DNA from: Myxococcota bacterium
GTDB lineage: Bacteria; Myxococcota_A; Polyangia; Polyangiales; Sandaracinaceae
Length of the DNA: 64,000 nt
Direction: 5' to 3'
Assembly (NCBI GenBank): GCA_036149055.1
Contig: JAYZQJ010000133.1
Coordinates: forward strand, 48,393 to 112,392
The notes beneath the pieces were generated by a model that made no database searches, was not told where the DNA came from, and saw only the letters and a list, made by a program, of their open reading frames with translations. Shown in pieces: positions 1 to 9,450 of this stretch (position 1 is its first letter; every line of letters begins with the position of its first letter). The position numbers and the translations under genes were made by a program.

Positions 1-885
1 TTCAACGGCCAGACCCGCGACGCGATCAACGTCTTCCGGCGCCTGCACACGCAGATGCCGTTCATCCAGCCCGACCCCGACACCTTCCCGCCGGACGTGG
101 TGCAGCTCTACGAGCGCGCCCGGCCGCGCGACGCGAGCAACCCGCAGGGCATCGTCTCGATCGACTCGAACCCGCAGGGCGCGATCGCCTACGTGGACTT
201 CCTCGCCCGCGGCCGGACCCCGATCAACGTCGACGACCTCATCGGCGGCGACCACGTCATCCGCGTGACCCGACCGGGCGCGACGCCCTTCGTCGAGAGC
301 CTCGGGGTGCGCCGCCGTCGCGCGTCGACCTCGAACGCGTACCTCGTCGACACCCCCGGCCTCGAGGGCCTCGCCGACGCGATCGACGACATCCCCGAGG
401 CGGACATCGAGACCCTCGACGAGGTGAACCCGATCGCCCGCGTCGCCGAGATGCTGCAGGTCGACAAGATCGGCGTCATCCGCGTCTCGAGCGGCGGCGA
501 CGGTCAGGTCTCGATGGAGCTGCTCCTCTTCGACACCGAGACCGGCCGCCGGCTGGTCCGCGGGCAGGGCAGCGCGCCCACCGCGGTCGGGGAGCTCGAG
601 TCCAGCGTGCAGCGCGCGGTCAGCGGCGCCTTCGAGGCGGCCCTCCGCCCGTCGCAGGCGACCGACGAGGAGGAGATCCCCGCGTTCACCGACGAGGAGA
701 CGCCCTTCGACCAGCAGGAGGAGCCGAGCGGGCCCCCCGAGCCGCTCATCGAGCAGTGGTGGTTCTGGACGATCATCGGCGTGGTGGTCGCCGGCGGCAT
801 CGCGGCGGGCATCGCCGGCGGGGTCGCCGCTCAGGGTCCTCCGCTCGGGCAGGACCCGGGCGGACAGGTCGTCTTCACGTTCTGA
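1..885 (+). CDS. PEGA-domain membrane-anchored protein (5' partial)
   Basis: Frame open from base 1; PEGA-like 'IDSNPQGAIAYVD..GRTP...L.GGDHVIRV'; C-terminal EQWWFWT + TM helix. Confidence 0.8.
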   Translation, partial: FNGQTRDAINVFRRLHTQMPFIQPDPDTFPPDVVQLYERARPRDASNPQGIVSIDSNPQGAIAYVDFLARGRTPINVDDLIGGDHVIRVTRPGATPFVESLGVRRRRASTSNAYLVDTPGLEGLADAIDDIPEADIETLDEVNPIARVAEMLQVDKIGVIRVSSGGDGQVSMELLLFDTETGRRLVRGQGSAPTAVGELESSVQRAVSGAFEAALRPSQATDEEEIPAFTDEETPFDQQEEPSGPPEPLIEQWWFWTIIGVVVAGGIAAGIAGGVAAQGPPLGQDPGGQVVFTF

Positions 886-889
886 TCCG

Positions 890-2137
890 ATGCGCCTCTC
901 CATCACCCTCGCGGTCGCCCTCGGCCTCGTCGTCTCCGCTCGCGTGGCCTCCGCCCAGGAGGTCACGGCGAGCGCCGTCATGCTGCGTGAGGCCGGCGCG
1001 ACGCCCGGCCAGGACGCGGTGGTCTCCACCGGCCTCCGGCGCGGGCTGCGCGACGTGGAGGGCGTCCGCTTCGTGCACCCGGTCGACGTGCTCAGCACCC
1101 CGGAGTTCTCGCCGGACGTGCAGGACGCGATCGACGAGCTCGAGCCCATCGCCGACATGGTGCGCACCGGCGACGCCCGGTACGCCTACCGGCGGGCGGA
1201 CGAGATCGCCGAGCTCTTCGAGCAGAACCTCGAGCGCGTGCGCCGCACCCAGCTCGTCGACGCCTACCTGCTCGCCGCCATCGGGCGCTGTCAGGCCGGG
1301 CAGCGCCGGGACTGCGAGGCGCGGCTGCGGGACGTGATCGCCTTCCGCGAGGGCCTCGTCTACGACCCCGACCGCTACGGGCCCGAGACCCAGGAGATCT
1401 TCGAGCGCGTGAAGGTCCGCGCGCTCTCCGGCGGGCGCGGCACGCTGGTCGTCGAGACCGACCCGCCGGGCGCCGAGATCTACGTCGACGGACGGAGCTA
1501 CGGCCCCTCACCCGCGCGGGTCGACGGCCTGCTCGCCGGCGGCCACTACGTGACGATCAAGGAGATCGGCCACCTCGAGCGCGTGGTCCGCGCGGAGGTG
1601 CGCGCCGGCCGCGAGAACGTCGAGACCTACGAGCTGACGCCCAACCCGCGCGCGCGCCTCATCGTGAGCGAGGAGGCGCAGGAGCGCATCCGCGGCCAGC
1701 TGGGCGAGACCCGCGCCGGCCCCGCGATCCGCAGCCTCGGCAACACCCTCGGCACCGCGCAGGTGATCGTCGGCGTGCTGCGGCCCGCGGCGGGCGAGCA
1801 AGTCCACGTGCAGCTCTACCTCTACCACGTGCACACCCGGCTGCTTCAAGGTCAGCTCGAGGCGACCGTCAGCGTCGACGAGGCGGGCATGGAGCGCATG
1901 CGCCAGCTGACGGCCGAGCTCTACGACGGCGTCGACCTCGGCGGCGGCATCGCGGCGCCCGAGGACGACACCGAGATCGCCGGGCCCCAGCCCGAGATCT
2001 GGGAGCAGTGGTGGTTCTGGACGGCGGCGGGCGGCGGCCTGGTGGCCATCATCGCCGGCATCGCCATCGGCGTGCACTTCGCGGGGCAGGAGAACATCCC
2101 CCCGGGGTTCCTCCGCGCCTCCGGCACCCTGCCGTGA
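890..2137 (+). CDS. PEGA-domain protein with signal peptide and C-terminal TM
   Basis: Signal peptide; 'VETDPPGAEIYVDGRSYGPSP' PEGA motif; EQWWFWT + TM as in upstream gene. Confidence 0.85.
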   Translation: MRLSITLAVALGLVVSARVASAQEVTASAVMLREAGATPGQDAVVSTGLRRGLRDVEGVRFVHPVDVLSTPEFSPDVQDAIDELEPIADMVRTGDARYAYRRADEIAELFEQNLERVRRTQLVDAYLLAAIGRCQAGQRRDCEARLRDVIAFREGLVYDPDRYGPETQEIFERVKVRALSGGRGTLVVETDPPGAEIYVDGRSYGPSPARVDGLLAGGHYVTIKEIGHLERVVRAEVRAGRENVETYELTPNPRARLIVSEEAQERIRGQLGETRAGPAIRSLGNTLGTAQVIVGVLRPAAGEQVHVQLYLYHVHTRLLQGQLEATVSVDEAGMERMRQLTAELYDGVDLGGGIAAPEDDTEIAGPQPEIWEQWWFWTAAGGGLVAIIAGIAIGVHFAGQENIPPGFLRASGTLP

Positions 2138-3303
2138 TCGCGCGAGGGGGAGCCTCGCTGACCCTGGTGGTGCTCGCGCTGATGGGGTGCGAGAACCCGC
2201 CGCCGCCGCGCGTCGAGCACTTCGAGGACGACGAGCTCGAGGCCGAGGTGATCGAGGAGTCGGAGGAGGACGCCCCGACCGAGCCGCCGCCCGCGCTCGG
2301 CCCCGCCGACTTCGAGGCGCGCTCCCGCGACGCCCGCGACCGGACGCCGCCGCCGATCACCCCGGCGGCGCACGGGGACGCGGAGTTCGACGGCGAGGAG
2401 CCGGTGATCGCGCGCCGCTACGTCTACCGCGTCCGCATGGTCGTGCCGGCCGGGGTCGGCGAGAGCGACGTGACGATGATCCCGCCCGCCGCCGAGCTCT
2501 TCGTCGACGTGGCCCACGAGCGCCTGAGGGCGCGCTTCGCCGGGCGCGGCTGGCCGGTGCCCGCCGGCTCGGAGGTCCGGCTCCGTCGCGACCGCCCGGG
2601 GGTCTACGTCTTCGACGGACGCGGCGGGCGCCCGCTCGAGCCGGGCGGGCTCGCGAGCTGGTTCGAGGGCGGACGGGTGAGCCGCCGCGGCCCGCCGCTC
2701 CGCGTGTTCCCGCACTGGGGCTTCTCGCGGCGGCAGCCCGAGCCGGACGACGAGGAGGCCCCGGGCGAGCTGATGTGCGCGCTCCTCGCCGAGCTGGCCG
2801 GCGAGCCGCGGGAGAACGTCATGCGGCGCTGCGAGCGAGGCGCGCCGCATCTCTGGCGCATGGGCTTCTGGCGGGCCGAGCAGACCGCGGGCGTGCCCCT
2901 CGAGCTGCCGCGGAGCGCGATGCGGGCCGACGAGCGCGAGCCGCCGCGCCCGATCGCCGAGGCCTCCAGCCGCGCCTTCCTCGAGCCCGAGGCGCTGTCC
3001 CGGCTGCCCGCGCGCGCCGCGACCGACGAGCCGGCGGAGGGCGCGCCGGCCGAGGGGCTGCGGGTCCGCAACGACTCGGCCACCCGGGTCCTGGTCGCGG
3101 TGGGCGGCGTGCTCGCGGGGTTCGTCGACGCCGGGTCCGAGGGCTGGTTCGTGGGCCTCGCCCCGGGCGAGCACGAGGTCGGCGCGCTCCGCCCCCTGGG
3201 CGCGGTGGTGCAGCGGAGCCGGCCGGTGCGGGTGCCGGGCGTGCACCGGGTCTGCGACGGACGCTGCAGCCGCCGCCCTCCCCCGGAGGAGACGCCCGAG
3301 TGA
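2134..3303 (+). CDS. Hypothetical lipoprotein
   Basis: GTG overlaps upstream stop (GTGA); lipobox-like LALMGC; normal protein composition. Confidence 0.7.
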   Translation: MIARGGASLTLVVLALMGCENPPPPRVEHFEDDELEAEVIEESEEDAPTEPPPALGPADFEARSRDARDRTPPPITPAAHGDAEFDGEEPVIARRYVYRVRMVVPAGVGESDVTMIPPAAELFVDVAHERLRARFAGRGWPVPAGSEVRLRRDRPGVYVFDGRGGRPLEPGGLASWFEGGRVSRRGPPLRVFPHWGFSRRQPEPDDEEAPGELMCALLAELAGEPRENVMRRCERGAPHLWRMGFWRAEQTAGVPLELPRSAMRADEREPPRPIAEASSRAFLEPEALSRLPARAATDEPAEGAPAEGLRVRNDSATRVLVAVGGVLAGFVDAGSEGWFVGLAPGEHEVGALRPLGAVVQRSRPVRVPGVHRVCDGRCSRRPPPEETPE

Positions 3304-3343
3304 CGGCCTTGCGTTTCCGCCGCCGCTGCGGTGTGCTGCGCCG

Positions 3344-3622
3344 GTGACGCGAGAGGACGAAGCCATCACCCAGCCCGATCTCGTGCTGGGCGAAGAGGAG
3401 CGCCTCCAGGCCCTCGACCTCTGGCTCGAGCACATCGAGATCCCGGCGATCCTGATCCCGCTGCTCGAAGGCGTGGTGCTCGGCCATCACCACGGTGACC
3501 TCGCGGCCTACCTCGGGGCCGAGCTCCAGGAGCTGCCGCTCTGGGAGCGCTGCTTCGCCCGCTGGGCCGAGCAGACGGTCTACCAGGCGGCGGCGGACAT
3601 TCTCGACGCTGCCCGGCGGTGA
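3344..3622 (+). CDS. Small hypothetical protein
   Basis: 92 aa ORF with protein-like composition and GC3 bias. Confidence 0.6.
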   Translation: MTREDEAITQPDLVLGEEERLQALDLWLEHIEIPAILIPLLEGVVLGHHHGDLAAYLGAELQELPLWERCFARWAEQTVYQAAADILDAARR

Positions 3623-3642
3623 TCGATGTGGGCCGAGTGTCC

Positions 3643-3666
3643 GCGGGCACGGGCACGGGCACGGGG
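3643..3666. repeat. Short GGGCAC tandem repeat (3 copies) between convergent genes
   Basis: gcgggcacgggcacgggcacgggg read directly. Confidence 0.55.
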
Positions 3667-3687
3667 ATCACGCCGCGCGCGGCGTGA

Positions 3688-4284
3688 TCAGGCGTCGACC
3701 GCGGGGCTCTTGCCGTCGAGGACCGACGCGTAGACCTCGTGGCTGAGCTCGACCGGGCCCTCGCCCTTCGAGGCCGCGAGCGCGCCGAGCACCGAGAGGG
3801 TCTGCTCGACGACCTCGTGGCGCACCGCGAGGCGGTGGTAGTCCTCCTCGCGCACCGGGCCGGTCGCCTCGAGGGAGCGGGTGACCGCCTCGCGGTCCTC
3901 GGGCATCAGCGCGAGGTGCGCCGCCCAGTCGGCGAGGGCCTGCCCGTGGAGCGCCTCGAGCACCACCCCGATGGGGTTGAGGCTGAGGAACACGCGCTCC
4001 CCCTCGAGCCGCCAGCCCTGGTAGTCCTCCTTCGGCGTGTGCCACCGGAACCCGGGCAGGGTGCGGCGGAGGACCTCGCCGAAGTAGGCGCCGGCGCAGG
4101 GAGCGACGAGGGCGACGACCTTCTCGTCCGGCACGCCGCCGTCCTCCTCGCGCAGGGAGATCAGGTAGTGGTCGAGGATCGGGAGCGTCTCCGCGGTGAA
4201 GTCGAGGTCGAAGCCGAGCTTCTCCTTGACCAGCCGGAAGGCGCCGAGCGCCAGGTCCTCGACGACGGCGGGGGTGTCGGACAT
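3688..4284 (-). CDS. Hypothetical protein (DUF3806-like)
   Basis: 'LDFTAETLPILDHYL...AGAYFGEVLRR' resembles DUF3806-type proteins. Confidence 0.7.
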   Translation of the reverse strand: MSDTPAVVEDLALGAFRLVKEKLGFDLDFTAETLPILDHYLISLREEDGGVPDEKVVALVAPCAGAYFGEVLRRTLPGFRWHTPKEDYQGWRLEGERVFLSLNPIGVVLEALHGQALADWAAHLALMPEDREAVTRSLEATGPVREEDYHRLAVRHEVVEQTLSVLGALAASKGEGPVELSHEVYASVLDGKSPAVDA

Positions 4285-4411
4285 CGCGGCCGCAACGTAG
4301 CAGAAGCCGGCCGCCGCGCATGAAGGGCAGGATCCTGTAAGTCTCCGCGTAGGTCGGACCGTCCGGGGATCTGTGATACACGAACCGGATGTTTCGAGCC
4401 GGGCAGGAGCG

Positions 4412-7294
4412 ATGATGGCGGTAGGTGAGCCGAGTGGGGCGCGCGCCCAGCGCGCGGAAGAGCAGGAACCCTCCTACGAGGGCGCGCCGGGGCGAACCCG
4501 CCTCCGGTCCATTCACGTCCCGCTGCCCAGCGGCTTCGTGCGCACCGTCCAGGTGTACGACGTGGTCAATGTCGCCACCGATCCGAACCTGCGCGAGCCG
4601 GCGCTCGCCGGAGCGCTCCACCGCTTCGAGACCGGCGAGGTCCTCGCGGTGCCGTTCGTCTACCACGACCCGGGCGCCCGCAAGCTCGCGCTCGTGGTGC
4701 CGGAGGTGCTGCGGCATCAGGAGCTCGAGCTCCGGGCCAAGCTCCTGCTGGAGCTCGCCGAGCACGCCGATCAGCCGCTGCCGAGCTACGCCCGCGAGGC
4801 CACCTGCGTCATCGGCACCGCCGAGCTGCGCGGCTACCTCGAGCGGCCGAACACCACCGCCGCGCTCGGCGAGATCGTCGAGCTGCAGCGCGAGATCACC
4901 ACCCGCGAGGCGCAGCTCGAGACGCGCGCCCAGGACGTGGAGATCCAGAGCGAGGCGCTCACCCAGCGCGAGGCGCGGCTCCACCAGCGGGCCGAGCAGG
5001 TCACGCGCCGCGAGGACGAGCTGCGCGCCTACGGCGAGGAGCTCGAGGCGGCGCAGGCGGACCTGGCGATGCGTGAGCAGGAGCTCGAGAGCCGCTTCGA
5101 GTCGCTGCGGCAGCGAGAGACCGCGCTCGAGGGCCGCGAGGCGGGGAGCCCGGCCGCGCTCCCCGGCGAGAAGACCGGCGTGACCTCGCCGGCCGCCATC
5201 GAGGCGGACATCGCCGAGGAGGTGGTGCAGCTCGTCGACGACGAGGTCGAGCCGATGGAGGCCATCGAGGAGGTGGTCGAGGACGTCGACGACGTCGAGG
5301 AGCTCGAGCCCCTCGAGACCCACCCCGGCGAGGCGGAGAGCGACCTCGCGGACGAGGTCGAGATGATGGCCGACGCGTCGGTCGAGGCGGCGCCGATCGA
5401 GGAGATGCCGCTCGACGCGATCGAGGACGTCGAGGAGATCGTCGACGACGTCGAGGAGCTCGATGAGGTCGAGGCGATCGAGGAGGTCGAGGCGATCGAG
5501 GAGATCACCGGCCTCCACGCCCACGAGATCGGCACCGACGAGAACGACCTCCGGCTCACCGAGTCCAAGACGACCATCTCCGACGGGCTGCCCGCCCGGA
5601 GCGAGCCGCCGCCCCCGCCGTCCGAGCCCGCGGTGAGCGCCGCGCCGCCCCCGCCCTCGGTCGCGCCGCCCGCCGGCTTCCTCACGCGCAAGCACGGGCC
5701 CGACGCCGAGGCGATCGACGAGAAGGGCACCGTGCGGATCTTCGCGCGCCTGCCGCAGGGCAAGCAGGAGTGCTTCCAGGACGGCGAGAAGGTCGACCTG
5801 CTCGCGCAGCTGGTGGTGCTCGACGAGTGCCCGGTCGTGCTGCTGAGCCTGGTGGAGGACGACGGCAAGCGGCCGGTGGTGCTGCGCGCGGCCCTCGACC
5901 CGCGGCGCAACGACGAGCGGCGGGTCATCGAGGACCTCCGCCGCACCTTCGGCGCCCGCGTCTCGCTCTTCGACGCGGACGGCGGCTACGTGCGCACCGT
6001 CGAGGTGGCGGCGCCGCGCGAGGTGAACGCGGCGCGCATCCTCGAGCGCGTCTCGAAGATGCGGACCGCCTCGGCGCTGGATCCGCAGACCGCGATCGAG
6101 CGGGTGCTCAGCGCCCCGCCGCCGGTGAAGGCGAAGGACCATCCGTTCCGGCCGGCGGAGGAGATCGAGGCGCCGAAGCACGCCGCGGCCGCCCGCGAGG
6201 CGCTCGCCAAGCTCGCCACCTGGAGCACCCACGACCAGATGGATCACGCGCTGCTCGTGCTCTCGATCCCGAAGGACGTGGTCGACGGCACCCTGCGCAA
6301 GGTCATCGAGCACGCGGTGGGCTACGGCCTGCCGCTCCCCGGCCGGCTGACCGAGCGGGCCATCTCGCTCGGGGTCGCCGCCGACGGCGCCGCGCTGATC
6401 ACCAAGCAGATCACGGCGTTCGCCGAGACCAGCGGCTCGCTCGCCCAGGGGCAGCTGACCCCGGAGCAGGTGGCCGAGGCGTGGGAGCAGCTGCTCGAGC
6501 GGGCGGCCGAGAACGAGGTCGCGATCGACACCGAGACCCACGAGCTGGCGTGGCGCGCGATCCGCAAGGTCCGCGGCGACGACGGCTCGGTGGACGTCGA
6601 CCCGGCGAAGCTGCCCGAGATGGGCGCGCCCGAGCTGCTGATGCTGCTCGAGCACCCGAAGTACCGCCGCGACGCGGCGATCGAGCTCGCCTCTCGCAAG
6701 GACGCCGCGCACGCCGAGACGCTCTGCAAGGCGGTGCGCAAGATGCCCCGCGCCGAGGTGGTGCGGGTGGTCCCGAAGATCGTCGAGATCGGCGACGGGG
6801 CCGGCGACGCGCTCATCGACGGGCTCAACGCGCGCAAGACCTTCGTGCGCCAGGCCTTCGCCCTCTCGCTGGCCCACCTGAAGCTGCGCCGCGCGGTGGT
6901 GCCGCTCGTGCACCTGCTGGCCTCCGAGGAGAGCGACGTCTGGAAGGAGGTCGCCCGGGTGGTCGGCGCCTTCGGCACCGCGAGCCTCCGGAACGTGCAG
7001 CGGCAGCTCAAGGACCCGAAGGGCAAGCAGGAGCGCTACATCCTCACCCTCGCCCACCTCGCCAACCACGGCTGCGAGAAGCAGGTGCAGAAGCTCGCCT
7101 CGGACGACCGCCCGAAGGTCGCGATGATGGCCAACGAGGCCCTGACGTTGCGGGAGAAAGCCAAGAAGACCGAGGCCGAGGTGCTCGGGCAGGCCGATCC
7201 GAGCGGCAAGGACGCGGTGATCGCGTTCTCCCGCCGCTTCTACGAGGTCCTCGAGGGCAAGGCGCCGGAGGCGGACCTCGAGGAGACGGATTGA
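4412..7294 (+). CDS. Large multidomain protein: degenerate CpXC-like N-terminus, coiled coil, acidic linker, HEAT-like repeats
   Basis: AGGAG RBS at 4405-4409; 'VNVATDPNL..ALAGAL...PFVYHDP'; E/R/Q heptads; D/E-rich tract; helical repeats 'FVRQAFALSLAHL'. Confidence 0.8.
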   Translation: MMAVGEPSGARAQRAEEQEPSYEGAPGRTRLRSIHVPLPSGFVRTVQVYDVVNVATDPNLREPALAGALHRFETGEVLAVPFVYHDPGARKLALVVPEVLRHQELELRAKLLLELAEHADQPLPSYAREATCVIGTAELRGYLERPNTTAALGEIVELQREITTREAQLETRAQDVEIQSEALTQREARLHQRAEQVTRREDELRAYGEELEAAQADLAMREQELESRFESLRQRETALEGREAGSPAALPGEKTGVTSPAAIEADIAEEVVQLVDDEVEPMEAIEEVVEDVDDVEELEPLETHPGEAESDLADEVEMMADASVEAAPIEEMPLDAIEDVEEIVDDVEELDEVEAIEEVEAIEEITGLHAHEIGTDENDLRLTESKTTISDGLPARSEPPPPPSEPAVSAAPPPPSVAPPAGFLTRKHGPDAEAIDEKGTVRIFARLPQGKQECFQDGEKVDLLAQLVVLDECPVVLLSLVEDDGKRPVVLRAALDPRRNDERRVIEDLRRTFGARVSLFDADGGYVRTVEVAAPREVNAARILERVSKMRTASALDPQTAIERVLSAPPPVKAKDHPFRPAEEIEAPKHAAAAREALAKLATWSTHDQMDHALLVLSIPKDVVDGTLRKVIEHAVGYGLPLPGRLTERAISLGVAADGAALITKQITAFAETSGSLAQGQLTPEQVAEAWEQLLERAAENEVAIDTETHELAWRAIRKVRGDDGSVDVDPAKLPEMGAPELLMLLEHPKYRRDAAIELASRKDAAHAETLCKAVRKMPRAEVVRVVPKIVEIGDGAGDALIDGLNARKTFVRQAFALSLAHLKLRRAVVPLVHLLASEESDVWKEVARVVGAFGTASLRNVQRQLKDPKGKQERYILTLAHLANHGCEKQVQKLASDDRPKVAMMANEALTLREKAKKTEAEVLGQADPSGKDAVIAFSRRFYEVLEGKAPEADLEETD

Positions 7295-7446
7295 GTCAGC
7301 TCACTCGGTTCGGCGATTTTTCTGACGCTTCGTCACGTTCGCCGCACACTGATCTGGGGTAAGCTGGCGGAAACGATAGTGATGGACAGTGGCGCGGTGA
7401 GGCTCTATACCCCTCCACTGGGTTCGGGGCGAGGCGCGCCCTCTGA

Positions 7447-8208
7447 ATGGCCATGCGGCTAGGCATCTTCAGCGACGTACACGCGAACATCGAGGCGCTC
7501 TCGGCGGTCATGGAGGCATACCGCTCCGAGAGCATCGACGAGTTCTATTGTCTCGGTGACGTCGTCGGCTACGGCGCCAGCCCCAACGAGTGCGCGGACA
7601 TCATCCGCAACCAGGCCAAGGTCACCATCCTCGGCAACCACGACGCCGCCGTCGCGGGCCGGATGGACTACTCGTACTACTACGAGGCCGCCCGCCACGC
7701 GCTCGACCTGCACGCGCGCCGGCTGAAGCCCGAGAACATGAAGTGGCTCGAGACGCTGCCCTACCGGCACGACCTCGAGGACCACGGCGTCACCCTCTGC
7801 CACGGCTCGCCGGTCCGGCTCGAGGAGTTCGAGTACATCTTCGCGCCCGAGCAGGCGCGGGAGTGCCTCCCGATCCTCGACGACCTCGGCGACATCACGT
7901 TCATCGGCCACTCGCACCTCTGCAAGGTGTTCGCGCTGCGCGCCCCGGGCGCCGGCGGACCGGGCGAGGTCGAGGAGCTGCCGGCCCGCAAGTTCCAGCT
8001 CAAGGATGGCTACAAGTACATCGTGAGCGTGGGCTCGGTGGGTCAGCCCCGCGACTACGACAACCGCGCGAGCTACACGATCTTCGACACGGAGACGCGT
8101 GAGTTCGAGTTCAAGCGGGTCGAGTACGACATCGAAGCCGCCGCGATGAAGATCTTCGAGGGCGAGCTCGAGCGAAACTTCGGTCACCGCCTGTTCATCG
8201 GCGTGTGA
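7447..8208 (+). CDS. Calcineurin-like metallophosphoesterase
   Basis: SDVHAN, LGDVVGYG, GNHD, HGSP, GHSH, GSVGQPRD motifs. Confidence 0.93.
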   Translation: MAMRLGIFSDVHANIEALSAVMEAYRSESIDEFYCLGDVVGYGASPNECADIIRNQAKVTILGNHDAAVAGRMDYSYYYEAARHALDLHARRLKPENMKWLETLPYRHDLEDHGVTLCHGSPVRLEEFEYIFAPEQARECLPILDDLGDITFIGHSHLCKVFALRAPGAGGPGEVEELPARKFQLKDGYKYIVSVGSVGQPRDYDNRASYTIFDTETREFEFKRVEYDIEAAAMKIFEGELERNFGHRLFIGV

Positions 8209-8214
8209 GCGGCG

Positions 8215-9450
8215 CTACTCGAGCGCCGTCAGCCTGAACAGCCCCTCCCACGGAGGCCTCCCGTCCGCGAGCGACAGGAGCGACGGGCGCTGCATCCGCC
8301 CCGCCGGCGCGACCCGCGGCGCCACCCCGGGCGGCAGCGAAGCTGCGACCGAGCGGCGCAGGGCCGCGTCCCCGGCGACGCCGAGCGTCTTCAGGTGCAC
8401 GCCCAGCGAGCCCAGCGCGGCGCCGACTTGGCGCGCGTCCTCGAGGTCGAGGACCATCACGTTGCGCCAGCCCGGGCTGATCCGGAGCGCCGCGCGCCCC
8501 TCGTAGCTCACCGCCCAGCCGTCACCCTCGTGGAGCTCGCCCCGCGCCGCCGCGACCCCGCGCCACTGGATCTGGGCGGCGCCGACGTCGGCCGGCAGCG
8601 CGCCTCGCGGCAGATCCTCGGCCAGGCGCCCGAGCTGGGTCGCGAGCATCGACGCCCAGCGCCTCGCGTCGATCGCGCCTCCGCGCTCCACCCAGATCAC
8701 GTGGGGCGACATGCAGCCGCGCTGGTCGTAGGCCGCGACGTCGAGCGCGAAGGCGGTGGCGGCGGCGGCGGCCTCCGCCTCGTCGCCGAGCGCGCCGCGC
8801 GGCACCAGCCCCACGCCCAGCCCGTGGCCGTGCGGCACCAGGGTCGCGGTCGGAGAGAGGCGCTGCCGCACCGCGGTGAGGGTGGCGTCGCTGCCGTAGA
8901 CCGAGACCACGTCGGCGCGCGACATGAGCGCGCTCTCCAGGCTCGGGGTGCCGCCCGGGAAGGTGACGACCTCGCAGGCCTCGGCGAGCTCGAGGTCGAT
9001 CTCGGCGAGCGCGGCCACGAAGAGCTGCGGCAAGACGTCGTCCTTGCTGGAGGCCTTCACGATCAGCGGCGAGCCGGCGAGCAGGGCCATCGAGCACGGC
9101 TGCACGCAGGCGGTGAAGACGTTGCCGGCGAGGATGAGCGCCGAGAGCCTGGCCGGGGAGAGCGCGGCGCCTTCGGCGGGCGTCATGCGGCGCGCGGCCT
9201 CGAGGTGCGCCGCCTCGTCCGCCTGCTCGAAGGTGGCGCGCAGCGCCCAGGCGATCATCGGCAGGCTGAGCCCGGTGGTCTCGGGGAGGCGCTCACGCGC
9301 GGCGCGACCGGGCGCGCGCTCCGGATCGGCGATCAGGCCCCACGCCGCCGCCACGAGCGACGCGACCTCCTCGCGGGGCCGGGCCCGGAGCTGCGCCCCC
9401 GCGGAGATCGCGGCCTCGACCCGGTCGCGGAGCTCCGCCTCACCGATCAC
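8215..9450 (-). CDS. LuxC-like acyl-CoA/acyl-protein reductase
   Basis: 'ILAGNV', 'VKASSKD', 'VYGSDAT', 'DVAAYDQRGCMSPH' (LuxC catalytic Cys context); GTG start overlaps the upstream gene end. Confidence 0.85.
   Translation of the reverse strand: MIGEAELRDRVEAAISAGAQLRARPREEVASLVAAAWGLIADPERAPGRAARERLPETTGLSLPMIAWALRATFEQADEAAHLEAARRMTPAEGAALSPARLSALILAGNVFTACVQPCSMALLAGSPLIVKASSKDDVLPQLFVAALAEIDLELAEACEVVTFPGGTPSLESALMSRADVVSVYGSDATLTAVRQRLSPTATLVPHGHGLGVGLVPRGALGDEAEAAAAATAFALDVAAYDQRGCMSPHVIWVERGGAIDARRWASMLATQLGRLAEDLPRGALPADVGAAQIQWRGVAAARGELHEGDGWAVSYEGRAALRISPGWRNVMVLDLEDARQVGAALGSLGVHLKTLGVAGDAALRRSVAASLPPGVAPRVAPAGRMQRPSLLSLADGRPPWEGLFRLTALE

Noticed and set aside
5200..5520. DNA tandem repeat array
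   Set aside because: Explained by coding of acidic E/D/V/I peptide quasi-repeats.
3668..7069. 1133-aa minus-strand ORF
   Set aside because: Antisense shadow of the real plus-strand gene; stop codons are scarce at this GC content.
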